Source: Setoptus koraiensis
Lineage: Eukaryota; Animalia; Arthropoda
Length of the DNA: 64,000 nucleotides
Direction: 5' to 3'
Assembly (NCBI GenBank): GCA_048013815.1
Contig: CM106585.1
Location: 13,764,001-13,828,000, forward strand
Made by a program: the position numbers and the translations under genes. Shown here in pieces: positions 47,017-59,866 of this stretch. The notes beneath the pieces were generated by a model. The model was given only the letters and a program-made list of their open reading frames with translations, did not search any database and was not told where the DNA came from. Numbering within the stretch: the stretch's first letter is position 1; the number at the start of each line of letters is the position of its first letter.

Positions 47017-48939
47017 ATGGACGTAGCCAAACGAAACGCGAATACTATCACGGCGGCCTCTATTACTCTGATCCATTCGCCAAATTATCCCTCTTCATTT
47101 GACTATTCTCGCCTCATCAAACGGTACTTCGCAAAACCAAGATTTCTGACTGAAGGTCAGGTGTTTAGTATTAAGTCGTCGCTGGACTTTAGATATCATG
47201 AGAGATTACAGAATGACCTGTTCATTGGATGGCCAGTAATAAATTGGAAAGTCACAAAATTGGAGCCCTTCACCAGAGGCTACGTGGTCAGAGGTGAAAC
47301 AAACCTATCACAAGCTGGTGCAACTCAAGCGTTTCTGGACAACAAACAACACTCAAAGACAGACGACTCAGATAATGATTTGGATAACTATAACTTATTG
47401 AGTGCCTTAGAGAGGACATCTTATTTCTCAACATATCACAAGGAATTGCTTGCACTATTGGAGCCCATAACAAATAAATCGTTGGATTTCATTAGTACAA
47501 TACTCATACATGGCAGATCAGGTTGTGGAAAACGAATACTCTTAGAACTAACAGCGCACAGTCTGGACATAAATCTCTACAGAATTGAAGCAAATGATCT
47601 CATAGGTGATAATGCCTCCACAACTGAGGCCAAGATCAAGACAGCACTGCTCAGGGCCAGTACTTTCGCTCCTTGTTTGATCCAAATAGCTAAATTTGAT
47701 CTTTTCTGTCATTTAGAAGAACTGGATCTCGAAAGAGTGGAACAAAATTTCCTAGATATCATCAGTTCATTGAACATTGCAAGATCAACTTGGCCCATTG
47801 CAATAGTGGCCACAACATATGATTTTGATTTGCTCGATAAGAGTCCATTGTCGTCACTTTTCCATTCAAATTTTCACATGAAATGTCTCAACAAGTTGCA
47901 AATCGAGGATATGACCAGAGAATTGATGGTTCATTCGCTGAAGTATGAGCCAAACACGATCAGTTCATTCATGGAGGAGCTGTCCAAAACAGATTTAGTG
48001 GGTATGAACACGGGAAATATTATTGAACTTTTGGCCAAATTCGATTATCTATTGTCGGCATTTAGCGATCATGACGCGAATAAATCAAGAGAAGCTGCAG
48101 TCAAAGCCATACAAATCTTTAATAAAATGAAAAATAAAGCAAAAGACAAACAACAGCCTAGTCAAACCAACTGGTCAGATGTTGGCGGTATGAGCGAAGT
48201 AAAAAAGCAGATAGCCGACGCCATTCAACTACCTAATGATTATCCTCAGCTGAGGCGTCCGTCAGGCATATTACTCTGTGGACCACCAGGAACTGGTAAA
48301 ACTCTTCTAGCTAAGGCGGTGGCAACCGAATGTAAATTGAATTTTATCAGCGTCAAAGGCCCTGAGTTGATTAACATGTACGTAGGTCAAAGTGAGGAGA
48401 ACATCCGCAATGTATTCCAGAAGGCAAGAGAACAGGCACCGAGTGTGATATTTTTTGACGAATTTGACTCCTTAGCTCCAAATCGAGGCCAATCGGGCGA
48501 CTCAGGTGGACTGATGGATAGAGTTGTATCTCAGATATTGGCCGAAATGGGCGGCATAACAGAGAATGACAATCAAGTGTTCGTTATTGGCGCAACCAAT
48601 CGTATTGATCTTATTGACAAAAATTTCCTCAGGCCTGGAAGATTTGACAGAGTGATAGAGGTGCCCCTTCCCAGAGATTCCAAGACAAGATTAGCTATAT
48701 TGGAGGCAATTACGAGGAAGATGTCTCTCAGCGATGATGTTAACATGACAGAGATCGAAGAGAAGTGTCCCCCAGCAATGAGCGGAGCGGATCTATATTC
48801 TTTGTGCGCCAATGCAATGAAAATGTCCCTAATGAATTGTGTCCAACAGATAACTAGCGGTCTGAAAAGTGAATCCGAATGTGATATTGTAATCAGCCAA
48901 GAAGACCTTATGAAGGCTCTCGGCGAATTTATTAAGTGA
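47017..48939 (+). CDS. PEX6: Peroxisomal AAA ATPase PEX6 (~640 aa; start uncertain, possible small upstream exon)
   Basis: YF..PRFL..G.VF N-domain motif; degenerate D1 (GRSGCGK); canonical D2 (WSDVGG, GPPGTGKTLLAKAVATEC, MYVGQSEENIR, DEFDSLAPNRG, GATNRIDL, RPGRFD). Confidence 0.85.
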   Translation: MDVAKRNANTITAASITLIHSPNYPSSFDYSRLIKRYFAKPRFLTEGQVFSIKSSLDFRYHERLQNDLFIGWPVINWKVTKLEPFTRGYVVRGETNLSQAGATQAFLDNKQHSKTDDSDNDLDNYNLLSALERTSYFSTYHKELLALLEPITNKSLDFISTILIHGRSGCGKRILLELTAHSLDINLYRIEANDLIGDNASTTEAKIKTALLRASTFAPCLIQIAKFDLFCHLEELDLERVEQNFLDIISSLNIARSTWPIAIVATTYDFDLLDKSPLSSLFHSNFHMKCLNKLQIEDMTRELMVHSLKYEPNTISSFMEELSKTDLVGMNTGNIIELLAKFDYLLSAFSDHDANKSREAAVKAIQIFNKMKNKAKDKQQPSQTNWSDVGGMSEVKKQIADAIQLPNDYPQLRRPSGILLCGPPGTGKTLLAKAVATECKLNFISVKGPELINMYVGQSEENIRNVFQKAREQAPSVIFFDEFDSLAPNRGQSGDSGGLMDRVVSQILAEMGGITENDNQVFVIGATNRIDLIDKNFLRPGRFDRVIEVPLPRDSKTRLAILEAITRKMSLSDDVNMTEIEEKCPPAMSGADLYSLCANAMKMSLMNCVQQITSGLKSESECDIVISQEDLMKALGEFIK

Positions 48940-49196
48940 GTTAATAGACTGAAGAATTATCTTATTTTTTCTGTTCGCCACCAGCGCTGGATTACATCAA
49001 AGGAGGAGGAGGAGGAGGTGTCATTCGATGAAAATTTATGATTTTGTTGATAAAATATTTGTTGACCATGTCGACATCAACAATATATGGTGTAAAACCG
49101 GTGTATATGATAGCAGATAAAAAACCATGGAATGTATATTTTACATTTAGTATTTGGTATGCTCAAACTAACCAATTGAACATTTATGTCTATAAT

Positions 49197-49742
49197 TCAA
49201 TCTTCATTTACTATCTGCAATATGGAAACATCTTTTTGTTGCAGCTTCATAATCTCCTTAGTGGCGTTTCGTTGTGTAGTTGTAGTGTTACCATTTTGTT
49301 TTTTAATATTATTGATAAGCGTTGACTTGTTGTATTCATCACATTGAAAAGAAGAATTTTTAACTTTGGTCAATAAGTGCTTAAGATGACTGTCTATTTC
49401 TACTACCTCATCCAAAATATCTTGACGTAGTGCTAATATGGTTTGTAAATTGTCTCTATCTTTGTCATTTAAAATATAGTCTAACTTATCATAATAGTCA
49501 TCTGATAATCTAGCCAGTAATCGCGATGAACAATCATACATTTGCAATGATAATAGAAGATTCTCTATGGCGGACGACATGAAACAACTGTCTACGCTAC
49601 TCGCTGCCGACGATGATTGTGATGACGGCAATGAGGATTGGCACCTGGTTTGTCTCTGCAGTTTAGGTGGCTTCAAGCGGCCAAGTGTGACACCCTTGGC
49701 TTGACTGGGTTGATTAAAGAACCTAGATGGTATTTTGTCCAT
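49197..49742 (-). CDS. Hypothetical protein (181 aa), no recognised domain
   Basis: ATG ORF with protein-like, helical composition in a gene-dense block. Confidence 0.5.
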   Translation of the reverse strand: MDKIPSRFFNQPSQAKGVTLGRLKPPKLQRQTRCQSSLPSSQSSSAASSVDSCFMSSAIENLLLSLQMYDCSSRLLARLSDDYYDKLDYILNDKDRDNLQTILALRQDILDEVVEIDSHLKHLLTKVKNSSFQCDEYNKSTLINNIKKQNGNTTTTQRNATKEIMKLQQKDVSILQIVNED

Positions 49743-50680
49743 AATATCTTCTTATAATAACGATAATAATAATAATAAAAGTCGATCAGTGATGATGCAA
49801 CAAACAAAAGTTGCGAACCTAATGGTGAGCTGTGAGTGTTGTGGTTGAAAATATCCCAACTATGTTGAAATGTTTGACGAAGCAATAAAGTTTATTATTG
49901 GTAAGCTAATGAGCAGTTGTTGGCCATTGGGTGCCGCCTTCGACATTTTACGTTTTTTCGAGCGTGTATGATGGATATTGATTGTGTTGATGTTAGATCT
50001 CCTTGAAATATTAATTAAAATAATACACCATTGGCCTAAAATTATCTCCTCATTTGTCTCTGTCTACCTCTAATAAACGGAGATAGATCGTGGTGGTGAT
50101 AACATCTACTTCTTCTTGGTGTGTGGCGCATGCTTTGATTTTGATAAGTTTGTTGTAATTATGATCATAATAGTGACATGATGCATAGTAAAACGTCACA
50201 TTTGAGTTGTATATGTTGAATTATGCATGGCATCAAATAACTCGCTTGGCCTTGCCATCAACTTGTTGCTCAATCCTGACAACAACACAAACGACAAGTG
50301 ATCGTGTGCGCCTAAGCAAATCTACAGTCTATAGCTAACACAAACAACAAGAAAAGCTGCATATTATCCTGAATGAAATTCACACAAAGTCAAGATCATA
50401 TAAAAAAGGCGTTGGTTTATAACTTGAATTAATCGAAATTAATACCCAAACGATTACTTTCGTTCGCCACTTTCTTCTTCCACGAAACAATCTCTTTCAT
50501 TCTCTAAACTTTAAATAGACAAAAAGATCGTCATATTCAATGATGTAAATAAAGCTTGATTCTTTAGCAAAATTTACTTTTATTCATCCACCTAGATGGG
50601 CGGCTGCATACGTTTACGTTAACGAAAGTGATTCTTAGGTAAGTTTTTTTGTTGTTGTAAAAATAATCCTATAAATTCTG

Positions 50681-52323
50681 TCATTTGTTGTGGACCAATT
50701 TAAATATGTGATCTTTCGCACTTGAGTCCCAGTTGTTTTCCCAGCGATTGACAAAGTAGTAGTCCACTAAGTAGTTTCGGTACTGCTGTAGTTTTGTGGC
50801 TCTTGTATGCTCCAGGACATTATCACGCCAATATCCGGAAACAAGACGAAAATCGTGCAGTAAATAAATCATTCTTTCATAAAGCTCTTGAGAATCATTG
50901 AATATTAGTCCATTGACATCATTTTGTACCAATTCATTGAGGCAACCGTAATTGTATGCAAGTACAGGTACTCCACAGCCGAACATGTCCAGGACCTTCA
51001 TAGGTAAATCTAGCCCACTAGATGATTGGTGTAAAGACAGTCCGAAGTCGCATGAGCCAACCATCATGGGATAATCGCTAGCGGTCAACCATGGCAATAT
51101 GAGTGTTATCTTGTTAGAGAATTTATAATCAGCAATCTTATTCTCGTAGTGAGCTTTCAGTGGGCCCTTTCCAGTAATAACACAAACAATATCTGGCAAC
51201 TCTTGAACATTTACAGATATATCATCGGTGATTGTGGAACACGTGCTGACACCGTTACTACTATGATCGTCATTGACAGGTATAGGAACGACAATAGAAC
51301 GATTTTTTGGTCCATTCAATGCTTTATCATACATCTTTAGAGCGTCTAACAGTATGGTGAAGTCCTCATCTTCAGTCCAACTGGTGCTGCTCATTATGAG
51401 AGCGGGTCTCTTGTTTTGATAAATATAGGAATCGTTGATGCAGTCCAATGTTGTAAAGCGCGAATTGTCTTTGCAATCTTCATGCAATATCCTGGGGCAT
51501 ATCTCCTCTTCGAATTGAGCATACTTTGATTTCATTCGGATAAAAAAATCATGTTTCTCTGCAATGCTCATTGGCTTGAACATTTGCGGTGGTCTATCAT
51601 GGAGTACATGGATGGGATAATTTAATTTCCAATTGTCAATAAGATCTCTCTTCATTGCATTAGTGACACAAAAGCCGATACTAGCAAATCGGCCAAAGAA
51701 TCGTTCTATCCATCTTGTCAGTTTGACTAGTAAATGTCTGTCCGACTTTAAGTTTAGACTCAGAAGTGAGTAACCATAGTTGTGCCAATCAATAATAAGT
51801 TTGCTCCTAACTATCCATTTGTAAAAACACAAAACAGGCAGGGTGGGAACTGAGGGTGGATTCTTCAGTTTGCACAAAAGAACAAAGGGGGGGAGGGGTT
51901 ATATAAGTGAATGTTAGTAGCGGTAGTAGCAAGACTGGATTGCGTCTGAGTATGCTCAAAATGATGCAATGTTGCTTGCCGAGCGAGTGATGCCGACAAC
52001 CAATATGGAACACTTACTTGGACAATAATGATGTCTGGTCTGAAGGCCATAATAAGACAAGTCCACAGAGCGATGGATTGCCAAATGGTCTTGATCATAT
52101 ATGCCAGAAAAGAGGGAATATATCTTTTGAAGTTGGGCGGCTCATTCATGAGAATTTGTTTAATGTTTTTGTTCGCTTCTAGCTGACCGCAACACGCCTC
52201 GGAGCCCGCGTAACCTATCACTGTCACCTGAAAGTCGCTAGAGGCCAAAGACAAACAATGGTATTGCATCCTAGGGCTGCGGGCTAATTCTCCTAGAACC
52301 ACAACTAAAGCTTTGGATTTCAT
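50681..52323 (-). CDS. ALG1: Chitobiosyldiphosphodolichol beta-mannosyltransferase; exons 52323-52018 and 51862-50681
   Basis: VVVLGELARSPRMQYH, Q|NPPSVPT splice, IDWHNYGYS, SSTSWTEDEDF, HQSSSGLDLPMKVLDMFGCGVPV; GT-AG phase-0 intron. Confidence 0.95.
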
Positions 52324-52891
52324 TGTGGTCGACGATTGTATTCGTTGGAATTGTGCTAATTAAATTATGAATTGGTTCCTTTGAGCGACCTACCAGGGAT
52401 GCAGAATTAGATTTTTAAAATTGCTCAAATCCTAGGGGTTTGCACGTTCAAGATTTTGTGGGCACTATAGTATCGATTGTTTGGTGAATGACCGCTTACA
52501 CTCAATATTTGTTGGTGCAGTCAGCAGCTCGTTAACGTGGCAGACAACGTGCTGCAGTTTTCTTGATGAAGAGATTGTCAGTGTGTGCCCATGGATAGAT
52601 GCGCGAAAGAGAATGGAGCGGAGAAAACGTTGAAATACCGACTGCGCTGCTGTCGCCACCTATTATCTTTTTAGGTTATTCGTGGCAGAACTTATTATTA
52701 TTGTTTATATCTTTAAATGGTATCATTATCATAATTGCTATGTACTAAAATTTTACACAATTCTCTCTACCAGATATTCTTCTGACGTGTAGAGTATAGG
52801 TAGTTGATTGACTTTCACTAATAAGAAAACAGCGACGACAAGATCATCAACAACAGTGGCCCTGCAACAATGAGGCGCAAATTCGTTAGGC

Positions 52892-53149
52892 TCACACTTT
52901 TTTGTCAGCGTCTTTCTCATTAGCGGCCTGCCTCACTTCATTGTCTATGTCGTCCATGACTGTCTCGTTGCCAACGGCATACAATGCATATGAGTAAATT
53001 GCGAGACAAGTTGCTCCCAAAGTGAAACCCACCAAATTCCTCGCCCGTCTAAACTTCCTGGCTTCCGACTGTTTACCCTGATACTTAGTCTGGATGTTCT
53101 TCAGATACCTCTCTCTGACCGCCGCATATGGATCTGCTTTTTCTAGCAT
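52892..53149 (-). CDS. COA3: Cytochrome c oxidase assembly factor 3 (CCDC56); 5' end uncertain
   Basis: RRARNLVGFTLGATCLAIYSYALYAVGNETVMDDID matches the COA3 pattern (RN...G..L...IY.Y....V.QE.F.DD). Confidence 0.75.
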   Translation of the reverse strand: MLEKADPYAAVRERYLKNIQTKYQGKQSEARKFRRARNLVGFTLGATCLAIYSYALYAVGNETVMDDIDNEVRQAANEKDADKKV

Positions 53150-53677
53150 GTTGTCTGAAAGATCAACTTGTGTGATCGGTTAGTATAAATAATAATCCCT
53201 AGATACCTTTTGACTTGTGGGCTAGCTCAGGCTAGAAAATAAAGATCGAACATATACAGTGAATGGATGTCGACCCACGCTCTTTGAAGGTGTAACTGTA
53301 CCACGAATATTCGCTGACAGTTTGGTGTAGCGCGCCTTTTGAATAATATTTCTTTAAATTCTTGGTACGTTCACAGAGGAGCTTCGCTTCAAGTTGTATT
53401 AGTGGTAATCTCCGTGGATGAGCGGAAATCTTACTTTTCACCTGTATCTTGCGTCTACAATGCTGACATAGACTAATACCGACCTATCTATCTAGAGTGT
53501 CATAAAAAATGCCACGGTTTCTATACAAAAGGGTGTAGTTCTTTTATTCTATATCCGAGAGGATATCTTCCAACTCGGTTGGCGAGCGGAGCATCCCGCG
53601 TGATCATTATCTCTTGCAAATAGTAATCTAATTTGAATGGATTACCGCAAATAATATTTATTTCTATAGTACACAAT

Positions 53678-56600
53678 CTAGTGGATACGAGTCAGATCTT
53701 CGACAATTTTTACAAGGTCCTCCACCGTTGCCTCACGATTCATTCCGCTACCATCATCTATTTCTATACCACTGGCCACTCGTTCCATTTGATCCCTAGG
53801 AAGATCTAGGAAACTTTCAACAAGATCTCCATCTATGAAATTCTGTGCTGGTTGTGAGGATTTGCTAGTCAAAAAAGCCCTCCAATCTGAATGTTCAATC
53901 TTTCCAATCGACTTAATTGTTTTGTTTAGTTTAGTCTGAAGCGATGCTAAAAGGTTATAAAAACCTTGGGGAATTTGAGCTACTAATCCTATAGCTCCAT
54001 CAACAGTTCCATATAAAACACTGCCTTGAATTGGGACGGAATTCTCACCAGGGTGTTGCATCACTAGAGACCCATGACGGAAGACATTTACGGAATCGCC
54101 CAGGTGAAAAAATCCAATTTGCTGCAGTTGCTGTCTATCCTGATCGTTAGAGGCGGAACTGTCTTTCTGACAGACAAATAAATTGAATAATGACTCTGCG
54201 CCTAAATAAATATCATCCTCTAAAATTTCGACTTCGGTCATCCATTCCGGATTGTAGTCTCGAGCTATTTCTTCAAATGAGGATTCGAGCGGCTTATAGG
54301 CGAAGAGGGACATGGATCGCATAAGGTCTCCTAACAAAATGAAATCGCCTCGACGTCTTAGATGTAAGGCCATTGTTACGTTTACGTAGGTGCATTCGAT
54401 TTGTAAGTCCTTTCTAGCATTCAACTCAACCAATTGAACTGTCGCACTCACTCCCGCTAAAAATTTATTCCCGAATTCGCATAAAGAATAGGGTGCGCCT
54501 TTTATATTGATTTCAGCTACTTGTTGTAGTTTGTTGTCTTGCCAACTGAATACAATAAGACGGCCAGCTTTAGGTTCAGGTTCATCAGGGCACACAAAGC
54601 CGGTGCCCACAACATAATAAGTTCTCGATCCGTCTCCTAGACGGGTCGATATTATGCTCAATGCTTCCTCAGATCTCTGAAATTGATGTGAATGTAAAAC
54701 CTCAAAAGTGTGTTGGTCAATAATGAGCAAACTGCTTGTTTCTATCTCCATCCCTATATGTTCAGTCATTTGGAGTCCGGGTGGTCTTGTGGTGCAACTC
54801 ATGCTCGCAGCCGATGAGGTATGGTGCGCTTGAGTACTAGCAGACGGCCTTGCTGGATGAACACCGTTGCTATCTACTATATCTATACGTTGGGTCAAAA
54901 CTCCAAATGTTTGAGTAGCCTCTTGGTGTGTTATTCTCACCGGAGACTCATATAACGGCACAGTTCTGATATGAAGCTTTTGAATTTCATCGATCGTTCC
55001 AAATAACAAACTTTTACCTGTTGACATAGCTAGAGAGTCTGGATAGGCTTCGGAATCTAATGGGCAGATATGCTTGACGTCTTTTAAATTTACATTGCTG
55101 AACACTAACTTATGATTACTTGAATAAATAACTGTCGGCCTATCTGAACAAGCGAAAACGTTATTTGTCGACAATGATTTAAATGTCTTGAGAATAGTTG
55201 GTCTTGTACCTAAGGTAACCTTCTTTTTTTCGGTCAGAGCCCCTGTTTCAACGTTTAAGTTGAAATAAAATACTGATCCATTCATTAATGCACATAAAAG
55301 ATAGTGTGAATCTCCGAATGTAGCTACAATTATGGATGACACTTCTATATTAATTGACTCTCTTGTGAGTTCTTCTAAGCTTGGAAGTCGGAGGATCCGT
55401 ACCGATATGTCACCCCAAAGAGCAACACAACATAAGTTCGTCTCATCATATTCAGGATAGAGGGGGGTGACGTCTATGTGTCCTACTGAGACGTCCCCAC
55501 CTAAATCAATCTGGCCTACCTTAGTTAATTTACCCAATTCTATCTTGAAATATAGTAGAATATTCTTGCAGGAACATACTAATTGTGTCTTATTAGCACT
55601 TGCCTGAGATATCCATTGACCTGGATTGGGCGACCAAGAGGTGAGCAATTCTTTCTGAGAATCTACTAGACGAATGCTATTTCCAGTTACTTGGATAAGT
55701 TGGTCGTGAATAACATTACCACAGAAGAGTGTTTGAGTTTTAAGGTCGAAACCGCTTATATCTATGGCCTCAACATCCTCTCCAGACAACATCCAGACAT
55801 AAGTTTCACAAGGAAAAGTGACAACTAGATGGTTGTCTTTGACTTGGTTTTTTCCTACTTTGAGAGACCACAATCCTTTTATCACTTCTAATGGTATCGA
55901 TCCATGTTCGTTGATTCCAATTCCGTTTCTTATGATACGCAGAGAACCATCTTTCATGTTTCCCGAGCAAGTCACCAGTTGTCCTTGGCCCTGCCTCTCC
56001 AAATCAACGATGCACATGTCTGATATAGGGCCCAGGTTTGTATAAGTTTCAAGAACTTCTATCAAAGAACCATTGGCATCAGGCTCTGAATGGAGTCTAA
56101 TTAACTGTGAGTCGCCAACACGCGAGCCTATATACAAGACCCCGTTATCTAAGTAGGTCAGGCATTCGGGAATGGATATTTCACCTATCAATTCCAGCTT
56201 GATATCTTTCACATCCACTTGACCATTGAAGCTTTCTTCTCTTTCTAGAACTAAACAGAAAAGACGACCTTGAAGATCTCCTAATAGATAGCGAGTCCCA
56301 TTGTTGTCAATGGGAGCGTAGCATGTTATGGGAGCTTGCTTTATGACAGCAGGGGCAATGGCTTTATATTTATCTCCGTGTAAATAAAGTATCGACTCTA
56401 ACGCAATGACAATCGTTCCTCCGAACGGTAGTGGCACAGGTATCAGCATGGATGCTTCGCTATCAATATTTCCTTGATTCCATGGTCCCGAAATGAATTC
56501 TTTTTCATTCAGAGAGAGCTCATAAGTTTTTAAGTGTCTATGCTCTGGGGTTTGTTCTTTATAAATAAAAGCGATTGTCGGTTGTGTAAATCCATACAAA

Positions 56601-57109
56601 AATGTTATGTCGGGGACAACTAACTCTTCCATACGAACATTGAATGACTTGAGTGTCTTTTCATTTAAATTGATTGGTATCACTTTGAATGTACCATCGT
56701 ATAATCTCAGTCCGATAACTTTGCATAACGGATCAATAATTATAATATTTCCAGTTTGAGCCGGACGACTGGAGACATCAGCAATGTTACCATGTGATCT
56801 AGTAATGATTTCGACAGTGCCATCTTTTTCTGTAACACATTCAAGAATGGCCACATTATATTTGTGTGTCAACAAAAAGAGCAAATCCTTAGTCATGCCG
56901 TGTGGCCTAAAGAGCTTGATGGCGGCTATCCTGCCGTAAATTCCAGATTCTTTCATCAATTTAAGTCCATCATGAGTGATTCGGTATATCTCCAGTCGTG
57001 ACGTTTTTCCAAGTATTAAATCAATACTGTTCTCACTAGTGAAGTTGCCCGTCTCACATTGATTTACGGCTGACGCTCGGTGTGCTGTAACAACATAGTT
57101 GTGAGCCAT
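53678..57109 (-). CDS. DDB1: DNA damage-binding protein 1 (1143 aa), intronless
   Basis: True start [10 protein letters not shown] at 57109; [30 protein letters not shown]-terminal [12 protein letters not shown]. Confidence 0.98.
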   Translation of the reverse strand: MAHNYVVTAHRASAVNQCETGNFTSENSIDLILGKTSRLEIYRITHDGLKLMKESGIYGRIAAIKLFRPHGMTKDLLFLLTHKYNVAILECVTEKDGTVEIITRSHGNIADVSSRPAQTGNIIIIDPLCKVIGLRLYDGTFKVIPINLNEKTLKSFNVRMEELVVPDITFLYGFTQPTIAFIYKEQTPEHRHLKTYELSLNEKEFISGPWNQGNIDSEASMLIPVPLPFGGTIVIALESILYLHGDKYKAIAPAVIKQAPITCYAPIDNNGTRYLLGDLQGRLFCLVLEREESFNGQVDVKDIKLELIGEISIPECLTYLDNGVLYIGSRVGDSQLIRLHSEPDANGSLIEVLETYTNLGPISDMCIVDLERQGQGQLVTCSGNMKDGSLRIIRNGIGINEHGSIPLEVIKGLWSLKVGKNQVKDNHLVVTFPCETYVWMLSGEDVEAIDISGFDLKTQTLFCGNVIHDQLIQVTGNSIRLVDSQKELLTSWSPNPGQWISQASANKTQLVCSCKNILLYFKIELGKLTKVGQIDLGGDVSVGHIDVTPLYPEYDETNLCCVALWGDISVRILRLPSLEELTRESINIEVSSIIVATFGDSHYLLCALMNGSVFYFNLNVETGALTEKKKVTLGTRPTILKTFKSLSTNNVFACSDRPTVIYSSNHKLVFSNVNLKDVKHICPLDSEAYPDSLAMSTGKSLLFGTIDEIQKLHIRTVPLYESPVRITHQEATQTFGVLTQRIDIVDSNGVHPARPSASTQAHHTSSAASMSCTTRPPGLQMTEHIGMEIETSSLLIIDQHTFEVLHSHQFQRSEEALSIISTRLGDGSRTYYVVGTGFVCPDEPEPKAGRLIVFSWQDNKLQQVAEINIKGAPYSLCEFGNKFLAGVSATVQLVELNARKDLQIECTYVNVTMALHLRRRGDFILLGDLMRSMSLFAYKPLESSFEEIARDYNPEWMTEVEILEDDIYLGAESLFNLFVCQKDSSASNDQDRQQLQQIGFFHLGDSVNVFRHGSLVMQHPGENSVPIQGSVLYGTVDGAIGLVAQIPQGFYNLLASLQTKLNKTIKSIGKIEHSDWRAFLTSKSSQPAQNFIDGDLVESFLDLPRDQMERVASGIEIDDGSGMNREATVEDLVKIVEDLTRIH

Positions 57110-57594
57110 GGTAATGAAGATACAATAATAATGATAATGGCAATAATATGACAATGATGAAACTAATAATAATTGTTTAATTTGATGGTGATAATGATGG
57201 GTAGCGTAAAAAAATACTTTCAATTGTTGTTGTCTGCTACAGTAAGCGTTCTCGAGAGGCGCTCAGAAACTGGGATCAATTGATCGTTCAGAAGCGTGTG
57301 CACAGAGCGCATTTTTTCCCTATACCGTGCGGTGTTTTTGTTAGTACCGTCCGTTGTCACGCCTCTTCGAACGCTTCTGCAAAAAACACGTGTCTACATG
57401 ATCAGTCCATTTGAGACTATCGGTATTTATTTTGGCCTTCACAAAAAATGTACCTCTGAATAAATTCTATCCAAAGGTGGATATTTATTTGCTTCATTTA
57501 CAATAAGTTAATTAATTAGAACGGATGGGCCAATAGATCTTACTCACCAGGATCACTAATATTCGACATTAACCAAATAGATTATTTCTAGACC

Positions 57595-59796
57595 ATGTCC
57601 AGAGTTGTGGTTAAGAATCTGCCACAATCAGGAGTGGACAGCAAGGAACTTGCCGCCCATTTTTCCGATATTGATACTGTCACGGACGTTAGCCTGAAAT
57701 ACAATGATTTCGGAACTTTTAGGAGATTCGCCTTCGTTGGTTTCAAAACAGAGGAAGGAGCACAAAGGGCCATCGATAGACTGAACAATACATATTTTTC
57801 CAAGTCAAAACTGTCCATAGAACTATGCAAACAAATCAGGGAGATAGCACCACAGAAACTAGAGCCTAGCAATGCCAAAGTCAAGCCGAGTTTGGCAAAG
57901 AATACTAACGGGCCCGAGGCCGACGGGGACCAAGAAGCAGATACCAGTCTCAAGAAAAGATCCAAAAAGATTGATCCTTTCAGAGAAGTTCAAGATGATC
58001 CCGAATTTGAGGAGTTCTACAAATTGCAGAGAAACGTACACGAGAATGTCTCACAAAAACACATATGGTCTGACGACGTTCCAATGGATAATTTAACAAC
58101 CACGGACGGTAAAAAAGTTGCTGGTTCTAGCGACCAAAAGCCATCAGATCTGGAGCCAGTTGAGGCCATAGAAAATAGACCAAAGAAAAAAAGAAAACGT
58201 GCCAAAAAGAAAAAAGTGGATAAATGTAAACCGAAAGAGATATTTAATTATACCATAAAGATCAAAGGTTTTCCACCTGAGATAAAAAGGCGTGATATCA
58301 AGCAATTCTTGGCCCCACTGAAGCCTATCAGTTTGAGATTAGACAAGCGCGATCAATTATGTTATGTTTCCTTCAAGACAGACAGAGAGATGAAACTTGC
58401 TCTGAAAAAAGATTTGCAATTCTACAACACTAGCCGATTGAAAATTGTGCAATGTCATGTCGATAAATGTAAAATAAACAAAGAGCGGCAAAAGGAAAAG
58501 ATCAAGCAGAAAGAGGAACAATTTGAAAAGTATAGCGAGCTCGTTGCAGACGATGTGGAGGAATCCGGTCGAATATTTGTTAGAAATCTCAACTACACCT
58601 GTACAGAAGAAGACTTAGAAAAAGTGTTCTCACCGTATGGTGATATCGCCGAAATTCATTTATCTATTGACGAATACACTAAGTTGCCCAAAGGATTCGC
58701 CTTCGTAGAGTTTGTATTTCCCAGCAATGCTGCTAGAGCTTATCAAGAATTGAATGGAACAATATTCCAAGGCAGAAATTTTCACCTGCTACCTGCTAAG
58801 CCCAAACCCGATCCAATCACAGATCGACCAACGATCAATAACGGAGGCGTTGCTGCCGCTTCCTCTTTCAAAGCAAAGAAGATGGAAGAGCAAAAGGCCC
58901 AAGCGTCTAGTGGATCTAATTGGAACACCTTGTTCCTAGGTCAAAATGCTGTTGTGGATGTAATCAGTGAAAGACAACAAACTGACAAAGCATCGTTTTT
59001 GACTGATACATCCAAGAAAGATCCGCTATCTGTCAGAATGGCCCTTGGCGACACTTTCATTGTAGAAGAAACGCGCAACTTCTTGATCTCTCAAGGTGTT
59101 GAACTGGACTCTTTCAGTAACCCTCAAGCACCTAGAAGTAAGAATGTGATTTTGGCTAAAAATTTGCCAGCGAGAACTGACAAACGTGAACTGATGGAAG
59201 TATTCTCGGCGCATGGTTTGGTTTCGCGGGTGTTAATTCCTCGTAATGGATTGACCGCAATTATCGAAATGCAAGAACCTACTGAGGCCAAGTTAGCCTT
59301 TAGAAATCTAGCCTACACCAAATTTAAGACTAGCTTATTGTATCTAGAATGGGCACCCATCAATGTGTTTAGGACAAAATCTCTGGACGATCAGGAGAAG
59401 CAGGAAGTTGAAGAAATGGCTAAATTACAGACAGGTACAAAGATGGTGGTTAAAAATATTCCATTTGAGGCTACTCAATCAGAACTCACTAAAATATTCA
59501 AAGTATTTGGAGAGTTGAATTTTGTTCGATTCATAAAGAAACCCGATGGCCATCATAGAGGTTTTGCCTTTGTGGATTTTTGTACAAAATCAGATGCGCT
59601 GAGAGCTTTCCGTGCTCTTTGCCACTCTACTCATTTGTATGGAAGAAAGCTTGTCCTTGAATGGGCTGCAGTAAATCAAGATATACTCAAACCATCTGAG
59701 GAAAGTACCGATAAATCTGCAAAAGAACATAAACAAGTAGAAGCTGCACCAAGAATGTTACCAAAAAGGATTGTTTTCACCGAAGACCCAGTGTAA
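57595..59796 (+). CDS. RBM19: RNA-binding protein 19 / Mrd1 homologue (multi-RRM, 733 aa), intronless
   Basis: SRVVVKNLP, RRFAFVGFKT, ESGRIFVRNL.Y, NWNTLFLG.NAV, SVRMALG, LYLEWAP, HSTHLYGRKLVLEWA. Confidence 0.93.
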   Translation: MSRVVVKNLPQSGVDSKELAAHFSDIDTVTDVSLKYNDFGTFRRFAFVGFKTEEGAQRAIDRLNNTYFSKSKLSIELCKQIREIAPQKLEPSNAKVKPSLAKNTNGPEADGDQEADTSLKKRSKKIDPFREVQDDPEFEEFYKLQRNVHENVSQKHIWSDDVPMDNLTTTDGKKVAGSSDQKPSDLEPVEAIENRPKKKRKRAKKKKVDKCKPKEIFNYTIKIKGFPPEIKRRDIKQFLAPLKPISLRLDKRDQLCYVSFKTDREMKLALKKDLQFYNTSRLKIVQCHVDKCKINKERQKEKIKQKEEQFEKYSELVADDVEESGRIFVRNLNYTCTEEDLEKVFSPYGDIAEIHLSIDEYTKLPKGFAFVEFVFPSNAARAYQELNGTIFQGRNFHLLPAKPKPDPITDRPTINNGGVAAASSFKAKKMEEQKAQASSGSNWNTLFLGQNAVVDVISERQQTDKASFLTDTSKKDPLSVRMALGDTFIVEETRNFLISQGVELDSFSNPQAPRSKNVILAKNLPARTDKRELMEVFSAHGLVSRVLIPRNGLTAIIEMQEPTEAKLAFRNLAYTKFKTSLLYLEWAPINVFRTKSLDDQEKQEVEEMAKLQTGTKMVVKNIPFEATQSELTKIFKVFGELNFVRFIKKPDGHHRGFAFVDFCTKSDALRAFRALCHSTHLYGRKLVLEWAAVNQDILKPSEESTDKSAKEHKQVEAAPRMLPKRIVFTEDPV

Positions 59797-59866
59797 TCTT
59801 CACTATAGTTTAGTACTTATTAAATTTTTGTTGTTTGAAATGAAATCATCGAGATGACAAACTGAA

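Noticed and set aside
53232-53441. ORF between DDB1 and COA3
   Set aside because: Non-ATG start and no similarity; probably UTR or promoter sequence.
57110-57223. N-terminal extension on DDB1 in the ORF track
   Set aside because: It begins at a non-ATG codon in AT-rich repeat; the conserved DDB1 start [10 protein letters not shown] is at 57109.
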